A stretch of DNA of 27,753 nucleotides from a virus (IMGVR_UViG_3300020045_014940:1-27753); one strand, 5' to 3'; positions 1 to 9,018 are shown, counted from the first letter of the stretch. The notes: a model not told the origin generated them from the sequence alone. Numbers and translations: made by a program.

Positions 1-902
1 AATTTTACCTCAGTAATTGGTATTAATTTACCTTTTAACGATTGAGGATTTTGTTGATATTGAGTTTCAAAGACTCTTTCATCAGCATCCCGTATTTTTT
101 TTAGTTCCTCTAACGTCTGTTTAAATTCCCAAAGTGCTTTTTCCTCTCCATCTTCATCAGTAACGATACAAGGTAAAGTTATTAAAGTCCATTCGTCAGG
201 TTCATTTTCCATTAAATAACCTATTAAATCTCTTTCGTGTAGTCTTTGACCTATTACGATAATTGGTGTATTTCTACTGTTTGTACGACTTCTAATAGTT
301 GTTTCAAACCTTTGATTAACTCTTTCACGTTTCAATTCACTTTCAGCATCATCAGGTTTTAAAGCATCGTCTATTATAATTGCTCCCGAGAACTTGTTAC
401 TATCTTCTGAAATAAATTCATCAAGTTCTTCATCTACTTCTCCAGCTCCAAAACCCGTAATCTGACCACCTGTAGCAGTAGCATAAATTCCCCCACCTTC
501 CGAAGTGTACCATTTGTTTTTAGCCGTGCTGGACTTATCCATTTTTACATAAGGAAATAATTTTTTGTATTCACTTTCTTGAATAAAATCTCTAACTTCT
601 TCTGAATTATCTAAAGCTAATTGTTGAGAATAGGATAAATGAATAAATTTTGAAGCGGGGTTTATTGCCAGTCCTTGCGCTACAAAGTTCTTAACCGCTA
701 ATTCTGTTTTGCCGTATCTTGGTGCGATTGCAATAGCTAATCTTTTAATTTTACCGTTTAAAACATCATTTAAAGCGTTGCATATAATTTCGTGGTGCTT
801 ACTTACTACAAACTTTCTTTTAAACCTTTGCTTAAAAAAATAACGTGTAAAAAATAAACTATCTGAAATAACTTTTGCTCTTATAACGTCTTGTTCGGTC
901 AT
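1..902 (-). CDS. terL: Terminase large subunit (5' part; runs off the left edge, absent from the ORF track)
   Basis: ATG at 902-900 overlaps the terS stop (TAATG). Manual translation gives MTEQDVIRAK..., Walker A-like IAIAPRYGKTE, then FIHLSYS, GGQITGFGAG, Walker B AIIIDDALKPD, IIVIGQRLHERD and QYQQNP, typical of TerL ATPase domains. Confidence 0.95.
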   Translation of the reverse strand, partial: MTEQDVIRAKVISDSLFFTRYFFKQRFKRKFVVSKHHEIICNALNDVLNGKIKRLAIAIAPRYGKTELAVKNFVAQGLAINPASKFIHLSYSQQLALDNSEEVRDFIQESEYKKLFPYVKMDKSSTAKNKWYTSEGGGIYATATGGQITGFGAGEVDEELDEFISEDSNKFSGAIIIDDALKPDDAESELKRERVNQRFETTIRSRTNSRNTPIIVIGQRLHERDLIGYLMENEPDEWTLITLPCIVTDEDGEEKALWEFKQTLEELKKIRDADERVFETQYQQNPQSLKGKLIPITEVK

Positions 903-1375
903 TAAATTTCTTTATCCAAGTTATCAAGAACTTCTTTAGCTTGTTGTGGTGTTATTGGAATGGCAGTGTTTTGTATTTTCTCTCCACCCGAAGTGATGTC
1001 GGTTTTGTCGCCGTATCTTTTAGGATTAAGTTTTGCTAAAGACCATTTTAAAGCATCAATCTTTAATCTACGATGTCCAAGCATATCTCCTGTAGTGGTT
1101 TCGATTTCGCCTTTTGAGTTAACTTTTGTTGTTTCTCCCTCTTCGGTATTATAAGCTATTTCAATAATTTCATCAAATAAAATATCGGTTCTTAAATCAG
1201 TTGCAAGTTCGTATCGTTTCGATTTTAACTCATCTTCTTTAAGCCAAATAAAGAAAGTTGAACTACTCGGCATATTTTCATCTTCTTTTAAAATAGAGCG
1301 TAAAGAGCGACCAGTTTCAATCTGTTCACAAATTTGAGTAAAAACTTTATCTATTTCTTCTTTAGTATAAGCCAT
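902..1375 (-). CDS. terS: Terminase small subunit
   Basis: N-terminal HTH-like ICEQIETGRSLRSI..MPSSSTFFIWL and RLKIDALKWSLAKLNPKRYGDK motif; directly upstream of terL; probable ATG at 1375. Confidence 0.88.
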   Translation of the reverse strand: MAYTKEEIDKVFTQICEQIETGRSLRSILKEDENMPSSSTFFIWLKEDELKSKRYELATDLRTDILFDEIIEIAYNTEEGETTKVNSKGEIETTTGDMLGHRRLKIDALKWSLAKLNPKRYGDKTDITSGGEKIQNTAIPITPQQAKEVLDNLDKEI

Positions 1376-1381
1376 AATACA

Positions 1382-1389
1382 CAAAACTA
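1382..1389 (-). promoter_or_regulatory. Bacteroidota-type -7 promoter element upstream of terS
   Basis: TAGTTTTG on the minus strand matches TAnnTTTG; only about 6 nt from the ATG. Confidence 0.45.
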
Positions 1390-1404
1390 CAACAAATTTA
1401 TTTA

Positions 1405-1758
1405 CTACGCAAGGTTATTGATAAAAATCTTTAATTCGGGTGATTGGTTGGATAGGAGGTTGCTTGATAAATCCCAAAGTTTAATTATTTTTAAAAGCTT
1501 TTCTTTAGTGCAATAATCCGTTTCAATTGCATACTCCAAAACGTGATTTAGTTGGATTGGTTTGCCGATGATTTTATGATATGGATTAATTGGTTTTGAA
1601 ATAGATGTAGAAACCACATCGCTATTATGACAATTATAATATCCTTTATCTATTGAATAAATTATCAATCTTTGTTTTGTTTGTGTTTCAATTTCACACC
1701 CAACTCCCAACTCCATTAACTCAGGAATAGCGTTTCTGATTTTTTGTTCTAGTGTCAT
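1405..1758 (-). CDS. Hypothetical phage protein
   Basis: 117 aa ORF with ATG, overlap-coupled to the upstream ORF. Confidence 0.75.
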   Translation of the reverse strand: MTLEQKIRNAIPELMELGVGCEIETQTKQRLIIYSIDKGYYNCHNSDVVSTSISKPINPYHKIIGKPIQLNHVLEYAIETDYCTKEKLLKIIKLWDLSSNLLSNQSPELKIFINNLA

Positions 1759-1982
1759 AGGGTTTCTATTATTTGTTTAATTGTTTGCCAATACCTAATA
1801 GGCATATTTTCGTTTACGTCTTTGTAGGTTTCAATTTCTTTTAGATTTTCAATTATCTCCTCAACACAAATCAAAGCGCATTTAATACCATATTGCATTG
1901 CCTTACTCGTTCCAAATATTTCGGGTGCTTCTTGATAAAACCTCTCCACAATCTCCCTTGCTTTTTTCTCTTCGTTGGTCAT
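1755..1982 (-). CDS. Hypothetical phage protein
   Basis: 75 aa; KCALICVEEII...YWQTIK pattern resembles small Bacteroidota phage proteins. Confidence 0.75.
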   Translation of the reverse strand: MTNEEKKAREIVERFYQEAPEIFGTSKAMQYGIKCALICVEEIIENLKEIETYKDVNENMPIRYWQTIKQIIETL

Positions 1983-1985
1983 AGC

Positions 1986-2231
1986 TTATAAATTTACCTC
2001 TATATTATTAATCCTATCAATTCGTTCACGTTCTAATTGTGCTGTTGTGTTAATGATGTGCATAAGGTTTTCGTACTTAACACCTGTTCTACATTCAATC
2101 CAGTCTTGAATAGCGCTTATCGAAAACCCTGTTGCTTTCGATAGTTCTTTAATACTACCTAAATGCTCAATACACTTTTCAATGTTTTGCTTGACGTGTT
2201 GGCGGTATGTTTGTTTTTGTTCGGGTGTCAT
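1986..2231 (-). CDS. Cro/XRE-like helix-turn-helix protein
   Basis: SIKELSKATGFSISAIQDWIECRTG fits an HTH pattern. Confidence 0.65.
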   Translation of the reverse strand: MTPEQKQTYRQHVKQNIEKCIEHLGSIKELSKATGFSISAIQDWIECRTGVKYENLMHIINTTAQLERERIDRINNIEVNL

Positions 2232-2235
2232 AGGG

Positions 2236-2520
2236 TTATACTATTTTATTTACTGATTTCCAACACTCTTTTATTTTTTCAATATTATCTTCAACATATT
2301 TATCAAAAGAATTTAATCCTCCAAAAATCTCATCTAATCGTTCAGATATTTGACCAGTAAAATTCATCCAACTATCTTCTTTTGCTTCTAAAGGTTCGTA
2401 TATAGCTATTAAATGTGCTGATTGTTGATAATGCAAAACCATTGTTGCATAAGCGGTTAACTTGTTTTCTGCTTCTAATTCGTACTTTGAAGACATTGCT
2501 CCGTATTGGTATTTTTTCAT
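2236..2520 (-). CDS. Hypothetical phage protein
   Basis: Probable start ATG 2520 (MKKYQYG) after an ATTATG context and a promoter. Confidence 0.75.
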   Translation of the reverse strand: MKKYQYGAMSSKYELEAENKLTAYATMVLHYQQSAHLIAIYEPLEAKEDSWMNFTGQISERLDEIFGGLNSFDKYVEDNIEKIKECWKSVNKIV

Positions 2521-2545
2521 AATCTCTATATTTTTAATTACCCAA

Positions 2546-2577
2546 CAAACATACAAATAACACTCCACCCCGCCAAA
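2546..2577 (-). promoter_or_regulatory. Leftward promoter
   Basis: TTTG (2577-2574), 20 nt spacer, TATGTTTG (2553-2546). Confidence 0.7.
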
Positions 2578-2623
2578 TAAAATCGACGAACTACATCATT
2601 TTGTGCATTTCATCGATTTTATT
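2576..2623. promoter_or_regulatory. Inverted repeat, candidate operator between divergent promoters
   Basis: AATAAAATCGACGAA (2576-2590) / TTCATCGATTTTATT (2609-2623), 14/15 complementary. Confidence 0.55.
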
Positions 2624-2636
2624 AGAAAATATTAGG

Positions 2637-2664
2637 TTTGTATTGGTGGATTGTGTTATATTTG
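2637..2664 (+). promoter_or_regulatory. Rightward promoter
   Basis: TATATTTG at 2657-2664, TTTG at 2637-2640 (short spacer). Confidence 0.65.
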
Positions 2665-2692
2665 CTTTATAATAATTAAAGATATAGGAATT

Positions 2693-2950
2693 ATGAGAAA
2701 TAATAGAACAATTAAAATTTTAGAAGCAGTTACTAATGTGAATTCAGTTTCTAAAAAATCTAGAATAGAGGGCGATACTTTATTTATTGGTAAAGAAGTT
2801 TTTAAAAGAGAAGATGGAATATTTTTTAAAGATGTTATAATTGACGGTAAAACTTTTAGACCTTTTTTTAATTTTACTACAAAATATATTTATTTAGATT
2901 GTGTGGGTAATTCAAAAGTAAAAACAATTACAATTAAAAAATACGAATAA
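2693..2950 (+). CDS. Hypothetical phage protein
   Basis: Probable start ATG 2693 (MRNNRTIK) in AATTATG context. Confidence 0.75.
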   Translation: MRNNRTIKILEAVTNVNSVSKKSRIEGDTLFIGKEVFKREDGIFFKDVIIDGKTFRPFFNFTTKYIYLDCVGNSKVKTITIKKYE

Positions 2951-3291
2951 TGCACACCACAAAACAAATCCACATCATCAAAGACAACGAAATAATACGC
3001 ATTTCGTTTGATGAAATAGAAGACGAGCGCATTCGATTAGAAAAACGCAATCGCTACGCAACTGGAGAAATAAACAGTTTCACAAGCAATATGACGCTTG
3101 ATGACTTTGCTAATCACGTTACAAACAAACTTATTCCCGACTATGAAAATTGGGTTTTTAAAATCCATTACGACTATCACGGAGTAACTATACATAAAAT
3201 ACCACGTAGCAATATGTATAAAGAGATTTACGATATTGCGGGAGAAAATCAGTTAATTAAAAATAAAATAATAAAATTATTGGAGTTATGA
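2950..3291 (+). CDS. Hypothetical phage protein
   Basis: 113 aa, TAATG-coupled. Confidence 0.75.
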   Translation: MHTTKQIHIIKDNEIIRISFDEIEDERIRLEKRNRYATGEINSFTSNMTLDDFANHVTNKLIPDYENWVFKIHYDYHGVTIHKIPRSNMYKEIYDIAGENQLIKNKIIKLLEL

Positions 3292-3572
3292 GTGAATTTA
3301 AAGGAACAAAAGGGAAGTGGTATGCAACCAAAGAAAAAGATTGTTTTGTAGTGTTTTGCGATAAACCAAATTGGGATATTTGCACTACAATTTCAGATTT
3401 AGAAATAGATGAAGCAAACGCCTTACTAATTTCAAAAGCACCTGAAATGTTGGAGATGTTGAGCGAAATAGTTAATATATTTAAAAGAGGCGAATTTGAT
3501 ACCGATGAAAATATTGGTGGAAGAATATTAATAAAAGCAAACGAACTAATAAAACAAGCAACAGAATTATGA
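3288..3572 (+). CDS. Conserved small phage protein (FKGTxGxW...ANAxLIxxAPxML type)
   Basis: MSEFKGTKGKW...EANALLISKAPEMLEML; ATGA-coupled. Confidence 0.8.
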   Translation: MSEFKGTKGKWYATKEKDCFVVFCDKPNWDICTTISDLEIDEANALLISKAPEMLEMLSEIVNIFKRGEFDTDENIGGRILIKANELIKQATEL

Positions 3573-4120
3573 AAAAAGTAACAGACTTAAAAGAAAACGA
3601 GTGCTACCAACTAACAAAATCTCAACTCATTGAAATTTCTGAAAATGGCAGTTTAGTGAAAGAGTTGTTTCCTGATGTTTTTGAAGTTGAGTTGGAGGTT
3701 GGGAAGTGGTATAAAAGAGATAAAGAATTAATTGTTTGGAATGGAGGTGAAGATACTTATGGCTTTACTAGTGAAGGATATTTTAGTGAAAATATGCTTT
3801 GCAGTATTATTACTTATCCCGTTCCCGCCACTCCCGAAGAAGTAGAAACGGCTTTTAAGAATTACTTTATTGAAAAAGGTGTTGTTAATGGTGTTGAAGT
3901 TAAATGTTTAGATATAGAGATTGTTTATATATTTGATTTAGAATATAAAACCAAATTTGATTTTGACGATAACAGTTTTTATATGGGTGGTGTTTGTTTA
4001 TTTAAAGATGGTAAAATAGCTGAAATAATCCAAACCCAAAACGATGTAATAAAAGTAATTGAAACTTACGGAACTGATAAATTATTAACCTTTATTGAAG
4101 CGTACAATGGAAAAAACTAA
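3569..4120 (+). CDS. Hypothetical phage protein
   Basis: 183 aa, ATGA-coupled. Confidence 0.8.
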   Translation: MKKVTDLKENECYQLTKSQLIEISENGSLVKELFPDVFEVELEVGKWYKRDKELIVWNGGEDTYGFTSEGYFSENMLCSIITYPVPATPEEVETAFKNYFIEKGVVNGVEVKCLDIEIVYIFDLEYKTKFDFDDNSFYMGGVCLFKDGKIAEIIQTQNDVIKVIETYGTDKLLTFIEAYNGKN

Positions 4121-4235
4121 ATTTGAAGAACTAAACCCCACTTGTAAAGAAATAGTGGCTAAAAAGCTAAATTATACAACGGTAATGGATAGTATTTATG
4201 ATTTGCCGTTAAGTGAAGTTGAAAAAGAGTATTAA
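4107..4235 (+). CDS. Small hypothetical protein (42 aa, not in ORF track)
   Basis: MEKTKFEELNPTCKEIVAKKLNYTTVMDSIYDLPLSEVEKEY; fills the gap to the terminator. Confidence 0.6.
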   Translation: MEKTKFEELNPTCKEIVAKKLNYTTVMDSIYDLPLSEVEKEY

Positions 4236-4237
4236 CT

Positions 4238-4266
4238 AATAACCGCCAATTAAGGCGGTTATTTTA
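4238..4266. terminator. Intrinsic terminator between convergent blocks
   Basis: AATAACCGCC-AATTAA-GGCGGTTATT followed by T run. Confidence 0.8.
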
Positions 4267-4515
4267 TTATCTTTTACCATAAGTATGAAAACTGTTTTTC
4301 TTAAGCGTTTCAATCATAGACTTAACCCAATTAGGTAGCTTTGATTTCGGAGTTATATTTACTCTTTTACCACATTCGTAACATTCTACATAAACACCTA
4401 TTCTATTTCCAGTTTCTAAATTAGAATAGTATCTTTCTTCGTCAAATATTTTTTGTTGAAATCCTTCGACTATTTCAACATACTTTGCATTTAAGTGATT
4501 GCATCTTTTTTTCAT
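4267..4515 (-). CDS. Hypothetical protein, possible Zn ribbon
   Basis: CNH near N-terminus and CYECG. Confidence 0.7.
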   Translation of the reverse strand: MKKRCNHLNAKYVEIVEGFQQKIFDEERYYSNLETGNRIGVYVECYECGKRVNITPKSKLPNWVKSMIETLKKNSFHTYGKR

Positions 4516-4622
4516 AATTTTCTATTTTTCTTTAATTCCATAAAAGAACCAATCCACATCCGCCTGTAATTCTTTTACTTTAGGGTTTTTTCTATCTTTT
4601 ACGATTAGTTCGTGTAGGTGTT

Positions 4623-4883
4623 TTAATGCTTAAAAACTCCAACAAAGCGGTCATAACAATCAAACTCAAAATCAATAAAACCTCCTATTTCATCCATAAA
4701 TCGAAAAGAGTAAATCCAACAACTTTTTAATTCTGATTTTTTAGTTTCAGCATTTTCTACCCATTGTTGCGCCTTTTGTCCGTTGCGTCTTATTCCCGAG
4801 TATCGAATAGGTCTTCCGTTTGGCGAAAGTTGAGGTTCGAAATTTAGGTTGAGAACGGTTTTTTTAATAGTTATTGTTTCCAT
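4623..4883 (-). CDS. Hypothetical phage protein
   Basis: 86 aa, TAATG-coupled. Confidence 0.7.
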   Translation of the reverse strand: METITIKKTVLNLNFEPQLSPNGRPIRYSGIRRNGQKAQQWVENAETKKSELKSCWIYSFRFMDEIGGFIDFEFDCYDRFVGVFKH

Positions 4884-5452
4884 TATTCAATATTTTTAAA
4901 ACGATTAATAAATTCTGTAATCGTGTTATTTAGTGATTTGTAAACGTTTTCTATACTCCAAGTACCCATTATTTTTTTTACAATTTCTTTATTATTAGCT
5001 TTGAAAAGTTCAGCATTATTTTTTTCTTCATCAGCGTTTCGTGTTAATGGGTGATTTTGAATAACACCTATTTGCTCCATATAATTATTAAGTTCAAACA
5101 TATTCAGAGTTCCGTGTATTGTATTATAATGATATTCTACTGGTATTTTTAATTGCTCTACTATTTTTTGTTGAGAAAGTTTAGCATCACCATTGTAGTA
5201 AATTAATTCATTATTGAACGCATAACAAAACAATTTAGCAAATAAATAATTTTCTTTTAATGTTTCTTTTTTTTGTTGATTAATCCATTCAATCAAAAAC
5301 TCAACTGCTTTTACATCCGCTTCATTAATAATTATTTTACTTTCATTGATTTTTACGTTTTCATTTTTAAACCTCCAAGATAGTCTATTAATTGCTTTTT
5401 CAATATTATAGACTTCGTTTTTTAATTGTTGTATTGGTTTTCTATTTTCCAT
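4883..5452 (-). CDS. Hypothetical phage protein
   Basis: 189 aa ORF in operon. Confidence 0.8.
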   Translation of the reverse strand: MENRKPIQQLKNEVYNIEKAINRLSWRFKNENVKINESKIIINEADVKAVEFLIEWINQQKKETLKENYLFAKLFCYAFNNELIYYNGDAKLSQQKIVEQLKIPVEYHYNTIHGTLNMFELNNYMEQIGVIQNHPLTRNADEEKNNAELFKANNKEIVKKIMGTWSIENVYKSLNNTITEFINRFKNIE

Positions 5453-5783
5453 TTGAAAAATTTATTTTATATTCTCTAAACTTTACATCTCCTTCGGATA
5501 AAATAATTTTATCCTGTATTAGTTTTTTTAGAATTATCTTTGAGTTGTTAGTTCCAAGATTTTTATTATAAACCTCAAAATACACATCTGAAATTATAGA
5601 TACAACATCCTTATACCTTATTGTTTTATTTGTATTGAATTTATCTTTTAAAATAAACATTGTTTTTTCTGGTGAATTAAATAAAAACAAATCAGTTTTT
5701 TTTATATACTTTTTTTTACCTTCTTGAATTTTGTAATTTTTAATTAATTCTTTTGCGTTTAAAAAATCTTCTTTTGTTATCAT
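5442..5783 (-). CDS. Hypothetical basic protein, possibly winged-helix
   Basis: 113 aa, Lys-rich; preceded by TATATTTG at 5817-5810. Confidence 0.7.
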   Translation of the reverse strand: MITKEDFLNAKELIKNYKIQEGKKKYIKKTDLFLFNSPEKTMFILKDKFNTNKTIRYKDVVSIISDVYFEVYNKNLGTNNSKIILKKLIQDKIILSEGDVKFREYKINFSNGK

Positions 5784-5855
5784 AACTTTAAATTTGTTAG
5801 TTTATTTTACAAATATAATTATTTTTTTTAAACTATTAATTATATTTTTTGTTTT

Positions 5856-5995
5856 TGTGGGTTAATTTGTTTTTAACCCACACCTAGTCTAAAACCTTTT
5901 TTTATATGGTATTAAACCCCCCCTTTATAAGGGGGGTTTAAACCACATGTGGGTTAACGTTTTTTAAACCAGTTTAACCCACCTAATTTTTAACC
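5856..5995. repeat. Cluster of three inverted repeats; candidate replication origin
   Basis: TGTGGGTTAA/TTAACCCACA (5856-5882); TTAAAC7TT-TAT-AAG6TTTAA (5912-5941); GTGGGTTAA/TTAACCCAC (5949-5982); AT-rich flank at 5784-5855. Confidence 0.6.
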
Positions 5996-7296
5996 TAAAA
6001 AACATGATTATTATCAGTATTTTCTTCTTTAAAACTACCTAAAAAATACATAGTATTTCTACTTTCACCTTGCTTTAAAATCCAACTTTTATCAATCATT
6101 TTTGTAAGCAATGTTTTAGCGTTTGAAGTTCCTATTGCTTCTTTAAATTGTTTTTCATATTCAAGTTTTATTTGTTCAATTAAATTTCCATAAGTATAAA
6201 AGTTAATTTCATTCTGTTTTTTACTAAAAATTGTTGTTAAAATTGAGTACAGTTGATAGTCTGGTTTTTCAGTTTTTGGTGCTTTTTTGCCAGCAAGTTT
6301 ATATTCCGATAATTCATTTTCTTGAATTTCAGGAACACCATTTTCATTAATAGTAAATTCAAACGGTTCAGGTTTTCTGTTTCTACTTGCTAAACTTTGT
6401 ACAATTCTATTACTATCGTTTTCTTTATCAACACTAACACCGATAACAATTTCGCTTTTATCTTGCAATTTTGTACCTAAATGACCTTTCATTTTAGTTT
6501 GTATATCATTTGGGTTTTGGTGAATAACATTAAGAATATGACAATTACAATCGGTAGCCCAAATACGTAAATTAGTAACCAACTCGTCCGCTTCTTTTAA
6601 ATTATTAGTATCAAGCGCAAGGTCTGAAATACCATCAATAATAACAAAATCTGGTTTAGTATTATAAATTAACCATTTAACGTATTCTAGTCGCTGTAAA
6701 GTGCTTACTGCATCAAACTGGTAAACATTCATTCTATTGAGTTCGTGTTCGTGCTGTTCAGTAAGCATTTCTTTTATTTGTGAAAGACCAAGTTTAACGT
6801 GAAATTTACTTTGTTCGGTATCAATGTAAAGAACGTTATCGCGATTAATTGGTAATTCAGAAAGTAAACGGTTTTGAAATACTCCTTTTTTTAAAATCGC
6901 GCTAACTATTAATTTAACTAAAAACGTTTTACCAACTTTCGCTTGAGCAGTAACACAACTAATGTTTTCTCGCGTCATTATCATTCTTTTATTTTGACCG
7001 TTGCTATCGCAAACGCTAAGCACAATTTCAGGCATCGGAACTTCATCGGTAACAAGAACTTTGAATTTTTGTAAACTTTGCTCTATTGATTTGTTTTGTT
7101 CATCTTCACCAAACATTTTAAACAATAACTCGTATTCTTTTAAAAGTTCTTCAGGAACAGGAATGTTATAATTGTTAAATTCATTAACAAACCAATTATA
7201 ACGCGCGCTGTAATCAGGAGCAATAAAAAGATTATTATTGTTATTTTGTTCTTGATTATCTCCAAGAAAACCAGCATTTAATATTTTATTATTCAT
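5995..7296 (-). CDS. AAA_25/RepA-like P-loop helicase
   Basis: Walker A AQAKVGKT, VLYIDTEQS, Walker B FVIIDGISDL, VIHQN, MKGHLGT. Confidence 0.85.
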   Translation of the reverse strand: MNNKILNAGFLGDNQEQNNNNNLFIAPDYSARYNWFVNEFNNYNIPVPEELLKEYELLFKMFGEDEQNKSIEQSLQKFKVLVTDEVPMPEIVLSVCDSNGQNKRMIMTRENISCVTAQAKVGKTFLVKLIVSAILKKGVFQNRLLSELPINRDNVLYIDTEQSKFHVKLGLSQIKEMLTEQHEHELNRMNVYQFDAVSTLQRLEYVKWLIYNTKPDFVIIDGISDLALDTNNLKEADELVTNLRIWATDCNCHILNVIHQNPNDIQTKMKGHLGTKLQDKSEIVIGVSVDKENDSNRIVQSLASRNRKPEPFEFTINENGVPEIQENELSEYKLAGKKAPKTEKPDYQLYSILTTIFSKKQNEINFYTYGNLIEQIKLEYEKQFKEAIGTSNAKTLLTKMIDKSWILKQGESRNTMYFLGSFKEENTDNNHVF

Positions 7297-7298
7297 TG

Positions 7299-8894
7299 CT
7301 AGTTATATTTTTCGTTAGCTGTTTTTCTTTTATGACAATTTTTACATAAAGGTTGTAAATTATCAATCGAATTTTTACCTCCAATAGCAAGCGGTACAAT
7401 ATGGTCTATTTGAAATTCTCGTTCCACTAAATCGGTTCTACAAATATTGCATTTATAATCATTAGCCGAAGCAATGCTTTGTTTTTCAAATTCAGAAAAC
7501 AATCTTCTATTTGTTGTTTCATCAAATTGGTCTTTTTTATTCACAAAAATAATATTATCTTTTGCTCTACTCAGTGCAACATATAAAAGTTGATTAGCAT
7601 CTTTGTAATTAATCATAAAATAATCATAAACTGGAATAATAACAGTATTATATGTGCTTCCTTGTGCCTTGTGACAAGTAATAGCATACGGACGTTTTAA
7701 TTTCGCAAAACTGTTTTGATAATCAGCAAAACGAGTATTAAGGTCAGTTAAGTATTTTTTATTTTCATTAACGTTTTTACCCTTTTTAATATGTTCGGAA
7801 TAAGTTTTTCTTTGACCATAAACACTACTCGTTAAACCGCCACCATTCATTCCGTATAAACCACCGTGAATGTATCGAATAGTAGCTTCTTCACCATCGC
7901 TATCAATAACAGTAAGTTTATTGTAAATGATTGTTTTAATCATTCCGTCCTTTATTTTAAAAGTTTCTGAGCAGTTTTTTTCAATATCTTTAATCTCAAT
8001 AATGTTTGATGTGTAATACTTGGTTTGATTATGAATATAGTACTGGTCAAACATTAAACTATCACCAATATTAATTTCATTCAATCGGTAATCTTTACGC
8101 ATACTTTTTGTGCTTCCGATTAACCAATTAAAATTTAACACCGATAAATTTTTAAAACAAACCGCAACACAATTATTATTTTTAATAGTTTCTTTTAATT
8201 GTTTCTCGTGAATATCGTAATAAAAAATATCAACACCATTATTTTTTTTGGTTGCTAAAGATATTGGATTTATTTTAACATTCATAAATTTTCTAAAACC
8301 GCTAATCATTTTTCCTAAATCACTATCGGTTTTTTGTCTGTTTTGTATAGTCAATGTAAATGTATTTTCCTCAGGTATTGCGGTGAAAATTTTACTTACT
8401 TGAAAACCGTCTTTGTTTCTAGTTATATTTTGTCTATCTTCTTCAATTGGCGGTAATTGTAGATAATCACCTAACAAAATTATTTTACATTTATCTTTTA
8501 ATCGTTCAATTAATTGAAACTTTGAAAAACTAATAAGACTAATTTCATCAATAATAATTAAATCAGGAATTTCGCTAGGACTAGGAAATTTATAACTAAT
8601 TGTGTTTTGGTTAAAATGGTCTTTTTCAATTTTAAACTTTAAAAAACTATCAATAGTTTTAATTACGGCTTGTTTTTTGTAACCGCTATTTTTTAAACCG
8701 TCTTTTAAAACATTTGTTACTTTGTTGGTTGCGCCAAGAAACAAAACTTTTTTGTTGTAATCATTAATTGTGTAACATATTGTGTATGTTTTTCCAGTTC
8801 CGCCCGCGCCATAAACTCCATAGTAACCCATTTCTGAATTATTTAAAAAAGATAGTAATCTTTGATTTAATTCTTGCTGTTCTGTATTTAACAT
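7299..8894 (-). CDS. Dda/RecD-like SF1B helicase with C-terminal HNH nuclease domain
   Basis: GAGGTGKT, IIIDEIS, LGDYLQLPP, QNRQ, AITCHKAQGSTY, LYVALSRAK; then CNIC...IDHIVPLAIGGKNSIDNLQPLCKNCH. Confidence 0.9.
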   Translation of the reverse strand: MLNTEQQELNQRLLSFLNNSEMGYYGVYGAGGTGKTYTICYTINDYNKKVLFLGATNKVTNVLKDGLKNSGYKKQAVIKTIDSFLKFKIEKDHFNQNTISYKFPSPSEIPDLIIIDEISLISFSKFQLIERLKDKCKIILLGDYLQLPPIEEDRQNITRNKDGFQVSKIFTAIPEENTFTLTIQNRQKTDSDLGKMISGFRKFMNVKINPISLATKKNNGVDIFYYDIHEKQLKETIKNNNCVAVCFKNLSVLNFNWLIGSTKSMRKDYRLNEINIGDSLMFDQYYIHNQTKYYTSNIIEIKDIEKNCSETFKIKDGMIKTIIYNKLTVIDSDGEEATIRYIHGGLYGMNGGGLTSSVYGQRKTYSEHIKKGKNVNENKKYLTDLNTRFADYQNSFAKLKRPYAITCHKAQGSTYNTVIIPVYDYFMINYKDANQLLYVALSRAKDNIIFVNKKDQFDETTNRRLFSEFEKQSIASANDYKCNICRTDLVEREFQIDHIVPLAIGGKNSIDNLQPLCKNCHKRKTANEKYN

Positions 8895-8911
8895 AGTAAA
8901 TAATTTATAAT

Positions 8912-9018
8912 AAAAAACTCCTTAAAATCCCCGCGTCTACTCGGTTCATTTAAGGAGCTGTTTGGTTAAGTTTAACCAGTATCTTAAATAGAGGTAGACG
9001 TTCTCTAATACAAAAATA
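8912..9018 (-). promoter_or_regulatory. Promoter plus structured leader 1 (kissing-loop/terminator architecture)
   Basis: TATTTTTG; TAGAG-AACGTCTAC-CTCTA; CTCCTTAAA...CCG-AGTAGACG-CGG...TTTAAGGAG-T6. Confidence 0.75.

Noticed and set aside
960-2360. Plus-strand ORFs 960-1154, 1334-1516, 2163-2360
   Set aside because: Antisense shadows of well-supported minus-strand genes.
4522-4629. Start-less minus-strand frame ALKHLHELIVKDRK...WFFYGIKEK*
   Set aside because: Could be a gene remnant, but it is short, has no start and has no recognisable family.
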